A stretch of 64,000 nucleotides of DNA from an uncultured Gammaproteobacteria bacterium (GTDB lineage: Bacteria; Patescibacteriota; Microgenomatia; 2-02-FULL-39-11): contig CAZJBV010000002.1 in the NCBI GenBank assembly GCA_964544585.1, positions 67,468 through 131,467 of the forward strand. Direction: 5' to 3'. Shown piece after piece: positions 11,205 through 21,073 of the stretch (position 1 is its first letter; the number at the start of each line of letters is the position of its first letter). Below the pieces are notes generated by a model, which worked only from the letters and a program-made list of their open reading frames with translations, was not told the DNA's origin and ran no database searches. The translations under genes and the position numbers were made by a program.

Positions 11205-12262
11205 TAAAACACAAACCTAAACTAATCATCAAAAATAAAACTATTTCCCTTGAAAGCGATTGCTTTGTCGTGGCAGAAATAGGCCATAACCATCAGGGCA
11301 GTATCGAAATAGCCAAACAACTCTTTAAAGCAGCCAAAGAGTGTGGTGTCGATGCAGTCAAGTTACAAAAACGAAATAATAAAAAACTCTATACCCAGGA
11401 ATTTTATAATACTCCTTACAACAGCGAAAACGCATACGGACCAACATACGGCCGACACAGAGAAGCTCTCGAGTTTGGTGAAGGCCAGTTCAAGGAATTG
11501 AAAAAATATGCCGAGCATTTAGGATTAATCTTTTTTGCCACCCCATTTGATTTTGATAGCGTTGATTTTCTTGAGTCTATAGATACTCCCCTTTATAAAG
11601 TCGCATCAGGAGATTTGAGAAATATACCTCTTTTAGAATATATTGCCCGAAGGCAAAAGCCAATGCTTATTTCCACAGGCGGCGCGACCCTAGATGATGT
11701 CAAAAGAGCGTATAAGGTAGTAAGAGCCATCAATCCAAATTTTGCCATTCTACAATGCACCGCGTCATACCCGGCCGAGTTTTCAGAGCTAAATCTTCAT
11801 GTCATAAGTGAATATCAACGTCTCTTTCCTGACAACATCATTGGTTTTTCCGCTCATGACAACGGAATTGCCATGTCTGTAGCAGCCTATGTCCTAGGCG
11901 CAAGAGTTATCGAAAAACATTTTACCCTCAATAGAATCATGAAAGGTACAGATCACATATTTTCACTTGAGCCGGTTGGCATGAAGAAATTGGTCAGAGA
12001 TTTAAGAAGAGTCAAGGTGGGACTTGGAGATGGAGTTAAAAAAACGTATGAATCAGAAAAAGATCCAATACGCAAGATGAGTAAAACAATCGTCGCCGCA
12101 AAAGATATTCGTAAAGGACATGTTTTGACAAGTAAAGATTTAGCATTTAAATCACCAGGCGGTGGATTGCATCCCTATCAAATTGAAAAACTAATTGGAA
12201 AAAAAGTCAAAATACCTCTCAAAGAGGACGAGACAATAGCATTCGAACATCTTTATAAATGA
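11201..12262 (+). CDS. neuB: N-acetylneuraminate synthase (NeuB) family protein with C-terminal SAF domain
   Basis: AEIGHNHQG, DAVKLQ, KVASGD, ISTGG, CTASYP, GFSAHD, IEKHFTL, SLEP motifs. Confidence 0.9.
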   Translation: MIKHKPKLIIKNKTISLESDCFVVAEIGHNHQGSIEIAKQLFKAAKECGVDAVKLQKRNNKKLYTQEFYNTPYNSENAYGPTYGRHREALEFGEGQFKELKKYAEHLGLIFFATPFDFDSVDFLESIDTPLYKVASGDLRNIPLLEYIARRQKPMLISTGGATLDDVKRAYKVVRAINPNFAILQCTASYPAEFSELNLHVISEYQRLFPDNIIGFSAHDNGIAMSVAAYVLGARVIEKHFTLNRIMKGTDHIFSLEPVGMKKLVRDLRRVKVGLGDGVKKTYESEKDPIRKMSKTIVAAKDIRKGHVLTSKDLAFKSPGGGLHPYQIEKLIGKKVKIPLKEDETIAFEHLYK

Positions 12263-13083
12263 AAAAACCACTTGAATTATTTAAACTCGATGGCAATATA
12301 GCACTGGTTACTGGAGGCCTAGGAAATCTAGGGCCTTATTGGATAAAAGCGTTAAAAGGGGGTGGAGCAAAAGTAGTTTCGATTGATCTGCCGAACATAA
12401 AATCCTCTGACTATTACTTTTCCGTCGATATCACCGATATAAATCGTCTTCATAAATTACATACACAGATATCAAAAGATTTGGGAAGCGTTACAATACT
12501 TGTAAACAATGCCGGCATTGACGCACCACCCTCAAAGCACCTCGAAGGTGGCCGGCTTGCCCTGAGCGCAGTCGAAGGGGACTCCTTCGAGGTGAAGGAA
12601 ACAGGCTATGACTCCCCCGAGGTGAACAGGCTATATAAAAATATGTGGGATGTAAATGTCCAAGGTCTGGTAAATTGCATAGAAGTTTTTTCACCAGATA
12701 TGAAAAAGCAGAAGAAAGGAAGCATTATAAATATTGGCTCTCTCTATGGAGAAAAGTCACCAGACGAAAGATTATATAGCCATCTCGGTTTTGACAAGCC
12801 CTGGGCCTATGGAGCCACAAAAGCAGCGGTCCTTCAAGTTACTCGTCACTACTCCACCCGCCTTGCCAAATATAATATCAGAGTAAATACCTTATCACCG
12901 GGAGGAGTATTTAATAATCAAGATAAAGAATTTGTAAAAAAATATTCACAACACGTTCCCTTAGGCCGAATGGCAGAAAAAGTTACCGACCTTGCCGGCC
13001 CGCTTCTCTTTCTTGCCTCCGATGCATCAATCTATGTTACAGGCATAAATCTTCAAGTTAATGGCGGCTATACAGCTTGGTAA
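12259..13083 (+). CDS. Short-chain dehydrogenase/reductase carrying an in-frame repeat-derived segment
   Basis: TGGLGNLG, NNAG, YGATK, RVNTLSPGG motifs. Confidence 0.88.
   Translation: MKKPLELFKLDGNIALVTGGLGNLGPYWIKALKGGGAKVVSIDLPNIKSSDYYFSVDITDINRLHKLHTQISKDLGSVTILVNNAGIDAPPSKHLEGGRLALSAVEGDSFEVKETGYDSPEVNRLYKNMWDVNVQGLVNCIEVFSPDMKKQKKGSIINIGSLYGEKSPDERLYSHLGFDKPWAYGATKAAVLQVTRHYSTRLAKYNIRVNTLSPGGVFNNQDKEFVKKYSQHVPLGRMAEKVTDLAGPLLFLASDASIYVTGINLQVNGGYTAW
12538..12594. repeat. 57-bp hairpin element: 36-bp host plus 21-bp insert GCCCTGAGCGCAGTCGAAGGG, in frame in the SDR
   Basis: CACCTCGAAGG (12538-12548) is the exact reverse complement of CCTTCGAGGTG (12584-12594). A further right half GACTCCCCCGAGGTG lies at 12610-12624. 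Confidence 0.9.
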
Positions 13084-13087
13084 AAAT

Positions 13088-14518
13088 ATGAAATATCCCA
13101 CAAATATTTATCACTGGATTGGCAACAGAGAAACTGGAAATAAAGATACTAAATTAATTGCAAAAATAAATCCAAGAAACGGGCAAAAAATAGCCAAAAT
13201 AATTCAAGGAACCAATCAAGAGGTAAAATATGCAATTACCAAATCTTTAAATGCTTTTTCATCTTGGAGTCAAACTTCAATAATATCTCGTGCCAACATT
13301 CTCCGCGAGACCGCCATTTTGGTGCAAAAAAGAAAGGATGAAATAGCCCAAATAGTTCATCTGGAAACGGGAAAATCTTTAAAAGATGCAACAAACGAAG
13401 TAGAAGGAGCAATAGAATTAGGCTTTTTTATGGCAGGGGAGGGGAGAAGATATTATGGGAAAACAACCACATCGGCACAAGAAAATAGGTGGGCATACAC
13501 CATAAGACAACCAGTTGGAGTTTGCGCTTTAATAGTTCCTTTTAATACTCCTATTGCCAATGTAACCTGGAAAGCATTTCCAGCCCTTCTTTGCGGAAAT
13601 ACGTGTGTGGCAAAAGCTGCCTCAGATACGCCTTACACTCCCATTTGGTTTGGGAAAATTCTAAAAGAGGCAGGACTGCCTGACGGAATCTACAACGTCA
13701 TCCAAGGAAGCGGAGAGGAAATAGGAGGTGCTCTGCTTGATGACAGAAGAATAAATCTTATTAGCTTCACCGGATCGGTCGAAACCGGAAAATATATTCA
13801 AAAAAAGGTTGCAAATCGTTTGGTCAAAGTAAGTCTTGAATTGGGAGGAAAAAATCCTCTTATTGTCTGCGACGACGCCAATCTAGAAGAAGCTGCCAAC
13901 CAGGCAATACTTTCAGCATTTTCCAATGCCGGACAGCGCTGTTCTTCCGGAAGTAGAATTATAGTTTTCGAAAAAATATACGAACAATTCAAAAAGCTTT
14001 TTATAGAAAAAACAAAAACTTACAAAGTAGGACCAGTGATAAATGAAAAGCAATTAAACAAAATGATTTCAATCATGGACAGAGTTGTTAAGTCTGGAAA
14101 AGTTAAATTAATTTTAGGAGGAAATAGAAAAGTCGATAGACCAGGTTACTTTCTTGCTCCTACTATTCTCGAATCAAAACAAAAAAGCGAGTATGATGAC
14201 GAAGAATTATTTGGCCCAATCACTTCTCTCTATAAAGTAAAAAATTTAGATCAAGCTTTAGAATTAACAAACAACTCTCCCTATGGTTTAACCGCAGCAA
14301 TTCATACCGCAAGTATTCATAAAGAAGAGTATTTTATAAATCACGCCAGAGTAGGAGTAGTATCAGTAAACGGCCCGACCTATGGCAGCGAACCCCATTT
14401 GCCTTTCGGAGGCTTGAGAAATTCGGGTAATGGTCATCGAGAACCAGGCACAGAAGCCCTAGACTTCTATTCTGAATGGAAAACCGTTTATATAAAGCAC
14501 AGCCCCGAGAATATTTAG
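13088..14518 (+). CDS. NAD(P)-dependent aldehyde dehydrogenase
   Basis: PFNTP, FTGS, SLELGGKNP, NAGQRC, EELFGP motifs. ATG at 13088 follows the SDR stop. Confidence 0.93.
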   Translation: MKYPTNIYHWIGNRETGNKDTKLIAKINPRNGQKIAKIIQGTNQEVKYAITKSLNAFSSWSQTSIISRANILRETAILVQKRKDEIAQIVHLETGKSLKDATNEVEGAIELGFFMAGEGRRYYGKTTTSAQENRWAYTIRQPVGVCALIVPFNTPIANVTWKAFPALLCGNTCVAKAASDTPYTPIWFGKILKEAGLPDGIYNVIQGSGEEIGGALLDDRRINLISFTGSVETGKYIQKKVANRLVKVSLELGGKNPLIVCDDANLEEAANQAILSAFSNAGQRCSSGSRIIVFEKIYEQFKKLFIEKTKTYKVGPVINEKQLNKMISIMDRVVKSGKVKLILGGNRKVDRPGYFLAPTILESKQKSEYDDEELFGPITSLYKVKNLDQALELTNNSPYGLTAAIHTASIHKEEYFINHARVGVVSVNGPTYGSEPHLPFGGLRNSGNGHREPGTEALDFYSEWKTVYIKHSPENI

Positions 14519-15295
14519 ATGATGAAAATTCCATCAATTATTGCTCTGATACCCGCACGCTCCGGATCTAAAAGAATTAAAGATAAAAATATAAATGAAC
14601 TTGCTGGCCATCCACTAATCGCCTACACCATAGCGGGAGCGTTAGAATCAGGAATATTTAAAAAAATAATAGTCTCAACCGATAGCCCACAATACGCCAA
14701 AATTGCAGAATATTATGGCGCAGAAGTTCCCTTTTTGCGTCCTTCCGAGTTTGCCAAGTCGACTTCACCTGACATCGAATGGCTCCATTACACTCTGAAA
14801 AAACTCCGGAATGATGAAAATGGCACAATTGAAGACTGTTTTGCCATTTTAAGACCCACAAGTCCGGGAAGGTTATCCGAAACCATAAAACGGGCTTGGA
14901 AGCTATTTCTCGATGATGGCAATGCAGATAGTCTTCGCGCAGTTGAAATTTGCTCTCAACATCCGGCTAAAATGTGGATTGTTGATAAAAAGATTAATCG
15001 CATCCATCCCGTAATGGTCAATCCTGACAAAAAAGATATACCATGGCACAGCCAGCAATTTCCCTCCCTTCCCAAAGTCTATGCTCAAAATGCCAGTCTG
15101 GAAATTGCCTGGACTCGCCTTCCTCTTGAAAAATATTCTCTATCAGGAGATAAAATCATGCCCTTCTTTACTAATGAATCAGAAGGATTTGATCTAAATT
15201 CTGAATGGGACTGGATAATTGCTGAAAATATGCTAAAGAGAGGCAGATTGATTCTGCCAAAAGTAAAGAAACCTCCGTATGAAAAATATTCTTAA
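14519..15295 (+). CDS. neuA: Acylneuraminate cytidylyltransferase (NeuA family)
   Basis: IPARSGSKRIKDKN, VSTDS, VPFLRP, LRPTSP motifs. Confidence 0.9.
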   Translation: MMKIPSIIALIPARSGSKRIKDKNINELAGHPLIAYTIAGALESGIFKKIIVSTDSPQYAKIAEYYGAEVPFLRPSEFAKSTSPDIEWLHYTLKKLRNDENGTIEDCFAILRPTSPGRLSETIKRAWKLFLDDGNADSLRAVEICSQHPAKMWIVDKKINRIHPVMVNPDKKDIPWHSQQFPSLPKVYAQNASLEIAWTRLPLEKYSLSGDKIMPFFTNESEGFDLNSEWDWIIAENMLKRGRLILPKVKKPPYEKYS

Positions 15296-17195
15296 TCAAA
15301 CAGGGTATATAGGAGCTAATACATTCCAGCTACTTGAAAAAAAGAAGTATCTTGACACAATTGCCGATTGTATACGCTACAATACGCTTTTATCTGTAGC
15401 TCGCGCCGGCACAGGACACTTGGGAGCTTCTCTTTCAATAATAGAAACGCTAACTGAAATTTATTTTCGTTCTTTTAACTTTGATCTACAAAATTTAAAT
15501 AATCCCCACCGCGACATCTTTATCCTCTCCAAAGGTCATGCAGCTCCATCTCTCTATACAACTTTAGCCGCCAAAGGCTATTTTCCCATAGAATCGCTTG
15601 ACTCTCTTCGAAGACTCAATGGTCTTCAAGGTCATTGCGATATTGTAACGTTGGGTATTGAAGCAAATACCGGCTCTCTGGCCATGGGTCTATCCAAAGC
15701 AGTAGGCTACTCAATCTTAAAAAAAAGAATGGGATTAAAAGGTAATGTCCTGTGTTTAGTCGGAGATGGAGAATTACAAGAAGGCCAATGCTGGGAAGCC
15801 TTTCTTTCGGCAATAAGTTTCTCTTGTGACAATTTATTCGTTGTCATAGACGATAACCAAGTCCAGACAGATCAATACACCAATAATATTGTTAAGTACA
15901 ATGACATAATAAGTACGCTTTCCTCAATAGGTTTTGCAGTAGTTGAAAAAAACGGTCGGAAAAGCGATGAAATCTACAAAGGTTTTAACTCATTAAAAAA
16001 AGCCAAAATACCAAAACTCCTCTATCTTCATACAGTCAAAGGCCAGGGGGTTTCATATATGGAACACACGAATATATTGAATAAAAAAAATGCTAAATAT
16101 ATCTGGCACAACAAACCACCAACAAAAGAATTATTAAGAATTGCTCTCGAAGAAATTTTAAAAAGGATTAAAAATATTCTTAAATCAGAAAATCTTTCAT
16201 TCAATATAAACCCATCTCTACAGTCTATACCGAGGGAACCGGGAGAAACAGGTATCGAAGGAAAAAACATCATTGCTGGTTTTGCAGAAGGACTAAAAGA
16301 AATAGCCTCAAAAAATAAAAGAATCGTCGTCCTCGACGGAGATCTGGAAGAAGATTGTGGTTTCATCCCATTCCATAAATCATACCCCAAACGATTTTTT
16401 GAAATGGGGATTATGGAACAACACATTGTTTCAGCAGCATCAGCCTTTTCTCGACTTGGGTATATTCCTGTAATCTCCACATATGCCGCATTTCTCACCG
16501 CCAGAGCCAACGAGCAAATCTATAATTTAGTAACAGAAAGTGGAAAAGCCTTAATAGTCGGTAATATGGCAGGTATACTTCCGGCCACTCCAGGAAAGTC
16601 TCATCAAGCATTTCGGGATATTGCCTGCATGAAAAATATACCCGGAATTACCATGTACCAGCCAGTCTCGGCTCAAGATGTAAAAAACATCCTCAATAGA
16701 TATTTCCAAGGTTTATTAGGCAAAATTGTCTATATTCGTTTATCAATGGCCGCATCCCGCATTGAGTTGGCAACGTCACCCATTTCTTTAAAAAAAGGAG
16801 TTTCACATATACTCAAAAAAGGCAAAGATGCTCTCGCGATCGGGATAGGGCCTGTAGTTTTGGGAGAATGTCTAAAGTCAGCCGAAAATTTAAAAGAAAA
16901 TGGCATAAATGTCGAAATCTGGAATCATCCCTGGCTTATTGATTTTGACAAAAACCAATTGCGTCAAGCTTCAAAAAGGAAAATTCCTTTAATTATCATC
17001 GAAGATCACTATATAAAAGGAGGATTTGGTGAAAGCCTTTTGTCATTTTTAAGATTAAATAATATTTCCTTTAACAAAATAAAGCATATTGGGATAAAGA
17101 ATATTCCTCAGACAGGCTTTAGACAGGAGGCGCTCGAAACACAAGGGTTAGATAGCAACTCATTAATCTCCGGTATAAAAAGCTTGCTTCAATGA
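15279..17195 (+). CDS. Transketolase-like TPP enzyme with N- and C-halves in one chain
   Basis: GHLGASLS, LSKGH, GDGELQEG...N (TPP motif), EMGIMEQ, GKSHQ, IEDH motifs. Confidence 0.88.
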   Translation: MKNILNQTGYIGANTFQLLEKKKYLDTIADCIRYNTLLSVARAGTGHLGASLSIIETLTEIYFRSFNFDLQNLNNPHRDIFILSKGHAAPSLYTTLAAKGYFPIESLDSLRRLNGLQGHCDIVTLGIEANTGSLAMGLSKAVGYSILKKRMGLKGNVLCLVGDGELQEGQCWEAFLSAISFSCDNLFVVIDDNQVQTDQYTNNIVKYNDIISTLSSIGFAVVEKNGRKSDEIYKGFNSLKKAKIPKLLYLHTVKGQGVSYMEHTNILNKKNAKYIWHNKPPTKELLRIALEEILKRIKNILKSENLSFNINPSLQSIPREPGETGIEGKNIIAGFAEGLKEIASKNKRIVVLDGDLEEDCGFIPFHKSYPKRFFEMGIMEQHIVSAASAFSRLGYIPVISTYAAFLTARANEQIYNLVTESGKALIVGNMAGILPATPGKSHQAFRDIACMKNIPGITMYQPVSAQDVKNILNRYFQGLLGKIVYIRLSMAASRIELATSPISLKKGVSHILKKGKDALAIGIGPVVLGECLKSAENLKENGINVEIWNHPWLIDFDKNQLRQASKRKIPLIIIEDHYIKGGFGESLLSFLRLNNISFNKIKHIGIKNIPQTGFRQEALETQGLDSNSLISGIKSLLQ

Positions 17196-18088
17196 CTAAA
17201 AGTTTCGAGCTCTTAAGATTACTTCTGATCGGAATGAGCCTTAAACTCTATGCCGGCCTCAAATCCATTCCAGCAAATAATATTGATACATTTACTCGTA
17301 TATCAGCACTTCGGTCCTATAAAAATTTAGGTATTCAGCGAACTTTTGAATTGTTCATTCACCCGATTTCAACCATCAGGTATTTCGAATTTGACTTTGT
17401 CCAAAAAAATATAGAATTATCAAAGGTTCATAATATTTTGGATATATCGTCTCCTAGAATGTTTGGCCTTTATGTAGCCAAAAAAAATCCAAATATTAAA
17501 TATTTAATGATAAATCCTGATAAACATGATTTAACTGAAACTAATCAATTTAAAAATTCATTAAATCTGCATAATTTAACTCTTGATAGTTTAGATGCCC
17601 TAAAGCTTCCTTTTAAAAGTAATTCATTTGATATAGTTTTAAGCATCAGTGTCATCGAACACATTGCAGGAGTCGGTGACATGAAAGTAATAAAACAAAT
17701 ATGGCGGGTATTAAAGCCTGGCGGAAAATTAATAATTACTACTCATGTGGCAAAAAAAGAAAGATTGGAATACAGGGATTCAGACACCTATAATTTACAG
17801 GGAAAGAAAAAGAAATATTTTTTTCAAAGAATTTATAGTGGTGATTCATTAAAAAAGAGAATAATCAACGCAATTGGAATTAAGCCTAAATTAATCGAAA
17901 TCATTGGAGAAACTAAAAAGGGTTGGTTCGATTCATATATAACACGCTGGATTGAATACGATATAAAAGAAACAATTTTCGACCCATGGTACATGCTCAC
18001 CAAATTCAGAAAATATAATTCTATAGAGGAGTTACCTGGAATAGGTATAATCGCCGTAGTTTTTATTAAACCCCATCAACATTTATGA
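17192..18088 (+). CDS. Class I SAM-dependent methyltransferase
   Basis: ILDISSP, DALKLPF...FD, SISVIEH, RVLKPGG motifs. Confidence 0.82.
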   Translation: MTKSFELLRLLLIGMSLKLYAGLKSIPANNIDTFTRISALRSYKNLGIQRTFELFIHPISTIRYFEFDFVQKNIELSKVHNILDISSPRMFGLYVAKKNPNIKYLMINPDKHDLTETNQFKNSLNLHNLTLDSLDALKLPFKSNSFDIVLSISVIEHIAGVGDMKVIKQIWRVLKPGGKLIITTHVAKKERLEYRDSDTYNLQGKKKKYFFQRIYSGDSLKKRIINAIGIKPKLIEIIGETKKGWFDSYITRWIEYDIKETIFDPWYMLTKFRKYNSIEELPGIGIIAVVFIKPHQHL

Positions 18089-18921
18089 TATTTTCCAGAA
18101 AAATCGTTAACTCTATCAATACTTATCTCAAAAGACCAATCATCTATAAATTATTTCAGATGCAAAATGAATGGTTCAGAAAGCCTCCCTATGTATATTC
18201 TTATTATGGTTATAAAGTATATTATCCTCCACGAGACGACCTCATATACCTTTTGGCAACGGATGGCTCATACGAGCAAGGACTTTTAAACGCTTGTCAA
18301 AAACTTTTAAAAGACGATGCAGTTATTCTTGATGTAGGTGCCCATTTAGGTCTTATTACACTGGCATTATCAAGAATTCTGCCAAAAGCCCATTTCCACT
18401 GTTTCGAGCCTTCTCCACAAACCTTTAGATTACTCAAAACGACAGTCCGCAAAAATATTCTTTCAAAAAGAATATTTCTCAACAATATCGCCATCTTCAA
18501 ATCAAAAGATACTTCTACTTTCTTCGTTCATCGGGCAAAAGAGGCTTCAATAGATAGTATCAATATCCAAACAGGTCTTAAAATGATAAAAAAAATAAAA
18601 GTAAAAACCACAACTATAGACAGCTATGTTAAATCTTTAAATTTGCAAAAGGTAGATGCCATAAAAATCGATGCTGAAGGAGCTGAACTAGACATTCTCA
18701 AATCATCACTGATTACATTAAAAAAGTTTAAACCTGCCATTTTTTTCGAGACATGGCCGGAGGCGGCTGGCCTTTTTGGAATAAGTATGAAAGATATATA
18801 CAATTTTTTTTCTGGCAATGGTTATGCAGTATTTACCCAAAAAATAAAGCGCTTAAATCTGGATAATTTTTTAGACGCCACAAGAAGCGAAAGTAATTTC
18901 ATCTCTCTACCAAAATCATAA
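18085..18921 (+). CDS. FkbM family methyltransferase
   Basis: LDVGAHLG, HCFEPS, KIDAEGAE motifs. Confidence 0.9.
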   Translation: MIFSRKIVNSINTYLKRPIIYKLFQMQNEWFRKPPYVYSYYGYKVYYPPRDDLIYLLATDGSYEQGLLNACQKLLKDDAVILDVGAHLGLITLALSRILPKAHFHCFEPSPQTFRLLKTTVRKNILSKRIFLNNIAIFKSKDTSTFFVHRAKEASIDSINIQTGLKMIKKIKVKTTTIDSYVKSLNLQKVDAIKIDAEGAELDILKSSLITLKKFKPAIFFETWPEAAGLFGISMKDIYNFFSGNGYAVFTQKIKRLNLDNFLDATRSESNFISLPKS

Positions 18922-19769
18922 TGCCCAAATATTATTCCGACCTTTTTATAAAATCAGGCAAATTTATTTCCGGGAAAATAAAAGCCCCATTTTCGCTTTT
19001 GTTTCATCGCTTCAGAAATGAAATATTCAGAAAATCTCCCTACCATATGAAATATTTTGGTTTCAACTTGTATTATAAAAAGGGTGACGGAGGAATAAAT
19101 CATCTCGCCCGCGGATACTCATACGAACCAGACGTCATAGAGGCAATTATAAAAAATATACGCCCAAACTCTACCATAATCGATGTAGGAAGTAATATCG
19201 GCTTAATTACTCTTTCCGTGTTGCATTATTATCCCACCGCACACTTTCATTGTTTCGAACCATCTGGGTACTCTAATCAAATCTTTCAACAAACAATCTT
19301 GAAAAATAATTTAAACTCTAATATAAGATTGATAAAAAAAGGCCTCTACCACAAATCGGGAATCATTCCATTCTATACACACGGTATTCCTAACGCCCTA
19401 GGCGATGGTATTAAAGATACTAAAAGGGCTGGAATTTCAAAAAAGGCTCCAATCGAAGTAACTACTCTCGATAATTATGTTAAAAAATCTAAAATCCAAA
19501 AGATAGATCTCATCAAAATTGACGTCGAGGGTGCCGAGTTATTTGTCCTAAAAGGAGGAAGAAAATCAATTTTAAAATATCGTCCTCTTATCCTTTTTGA
19601 GGCAAACCCAGTAAACCTTCAAGCATATAATCTGATCCCGGGTGACATCTATCACTTCTTTTCAAAAATTGACTATAAAATCATTAGCCTTTCCGGAGAA
19701 ATATTAGATTTAGAAAAATTTGTAACTATGACCCAAAAAGTGGATAATTACTTGGCTTCTCCCATATGA
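18921..19769 (+). CDS. FkbM family methyltransferase, paralog of the preceding gene
   Basis: IDVGSNIG, HCFEPS, KIDVEGAE motifs. Confidence 0.9.
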   Translation: MPKYYSDLFIKSGKFISGKIKAPFSLLFHRFRNEIFRKSPYHMKYFGFNLYYKKGDGGINHLARGYSYEPDVIEAIIKNIRPNSTIIDVGSNIGLITLSVLHYYPTAHFHCFEPSGYSNQIFQQTILKNNLNSNIRLIKKGLYHKSGIIPFYTHGIPNALGDGIKDTKRAGISKKAPIEVTTLDNYVKKSKIQKIDLIKIDVEGAELFVLKGGRKSILKYRPLILFEANPVNLQAYNLIPGDIYHFFSKIDYKIISLSGEILDLEKFVTMTQKVDNYLASPI

Positions 19770-21073
19770 AGGATATAGATATTCTTTGGTTCATCGAACA
19801 TATTGCCCGTGAGTTGGATGTAGCAGTCTTAGCAAGCTTAATTATCAACAAAAAATACGGCCTGACAGTAAAAATAGAACAGATATCAAATCTTAAGAAA
19901 ATAGAAAAGCTTTACAATCCCAAAATTATTCTCCTTCCTTATTGTTATGTTGCCACCGATGGTTATATAGAAAGAATAATTTCGATATGGCCAAAGAGTG
20001 TCTTTATCAATCTTGCTTGGGAGCAAATTTTTTATAATGCCAACAAAATATATAAATTGCCCCGCGACTATTTTGCTCGAAATTGCGTTTATCACCATGC
20101 CTGGAGCAAAACCAGAAAAAAAATACTTAAAAAGCTCGATATTCCAGACAAAAATATTTTTCTAAATGGCCAACCCGCCTATAAATTATATGATGAGCCA
20201 TACAAAAAACTTTTTATCAGTCGTAAAAATCTGGCAGAAAGATATCAATTAGATACTAACAAAACATGGATTTTCTTTCCCGAAAACTACAGTTGGTATT
20301 TCTATTCAAAAGAAACAATCCAAAAGATCATCCAGGATGGTCAAGGAGTAAAAACCATCAGCACTCTAAAAAATTATTGCAAAGACAGCTTTACAATTGC
20401 ACTTGAATGGTTAAACCAGATCGCAAAAAGATATGAAGATACTGTTGAAATCATCCTTCGTCCGCGTCCCTCATTTAGCCAAGAATATTTTTTATGGCAA
20501 GTACAGAAATTAAAACCGTCTCTATCCAAAAATATAAGAGTTATAAAAGATTTTTCCATCAGAGAATGGATTTTAGCAAGCGATATCGTAATTTCATCAT
20601 TTTCAACTTCACTTATCGAAGCCGCCATAGCTAAAAAAACTCTTTATATACTTGAACCTAATCCCATGCCAAATGAATTAATTGCAGAGTGGTATAAATA
20701 TGTCGAGAAAATAAAAAGTCTGAATGGATTATTCTCTATCCTGCCGGCCAGCCTGCCGGTAGGCATGGCAGGCAGGAATAATTACTTAAAGCTTCGTACC
20801 TGGGCACGGTCTAATTTTTATGTAAAAGATGATCCCATCCAAGGACTTGCGGATATTCTTGCAAAAATACCAGAAAAACAACTTCCAGAATTAAAAAATA
20901 CAAAAAGTCTATTCCGTCAAGCACAGAAAAAGGCATTCTCAATATTAAGTAAATTAAAAAAAGCAACAACAACCACGGATGCATATTTTAAATTAGATGA
21001 TGATAAAATCTTTGAGTCAGAATTAAAAGATAAAATGATTCGTTATAAAAACTTTATTGATAAATATCTATGA
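19766..21073 (+). CDS. Surface carbohydrate biosynthesis protein (GT-B-like; candidate ulosonate transferase)
   Basis: EHIARELD, NGQP, ILRPRPS, SSFSTSLIEA motifs; lies near neuB/neuA. Confidence 0.55.
   Translation: MKDIDILWFIEHIARELDVAVLASLIINKKYGLTVKIEQISNLKKIEKLYNPKIILLPYCYVATDGYIERIISIWPKSVFINLAWEQIFYNANKIYKLPRDYFARNCVYHHAWSKTRKKILKKLDIPDKNIFLNGQPAYKLYDEPYKKLFISRKNLAERYQLDTNKTWIFFPENYSWYFYSKETIQKIIQDGQGVKTISTLKNYCKDSFTIALEWLNQIAKRYEDTVEIILRPRPSFSQEYFLWQVQKLKPSLSKNIRVIKDFSIREWILASDIVISSFSTSLIEAAIAKKTLYILEPNPMPNELIAEWYKYVEKIKSLNGLFSILPASLPVGMAGRNNYLKLRTWARSNFYVKDDPIQGLADILAKIPEKQLPELKNTKSLFRQAQKKAFSILSKLKKATTTTDAYFKLDDDKIFESELKDKMIRYKNFIDKYL
20740..20776. repeat. Nested CCTGCC-family palindrome, in frame
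   Basis: CCTGCCGGCCA[GCCTGCCGGTAGGCA]TGGCAGGCAGG. Confidence 0.85.

Noticed and set aside
16028-16510. 160-aa antisense ORF and the many other 60-120 aa overlapping ORFs in the track
   Set aside because: These are shadow frames of well-supported genes with no recognisable motifs; only 36366-36554 was kept.
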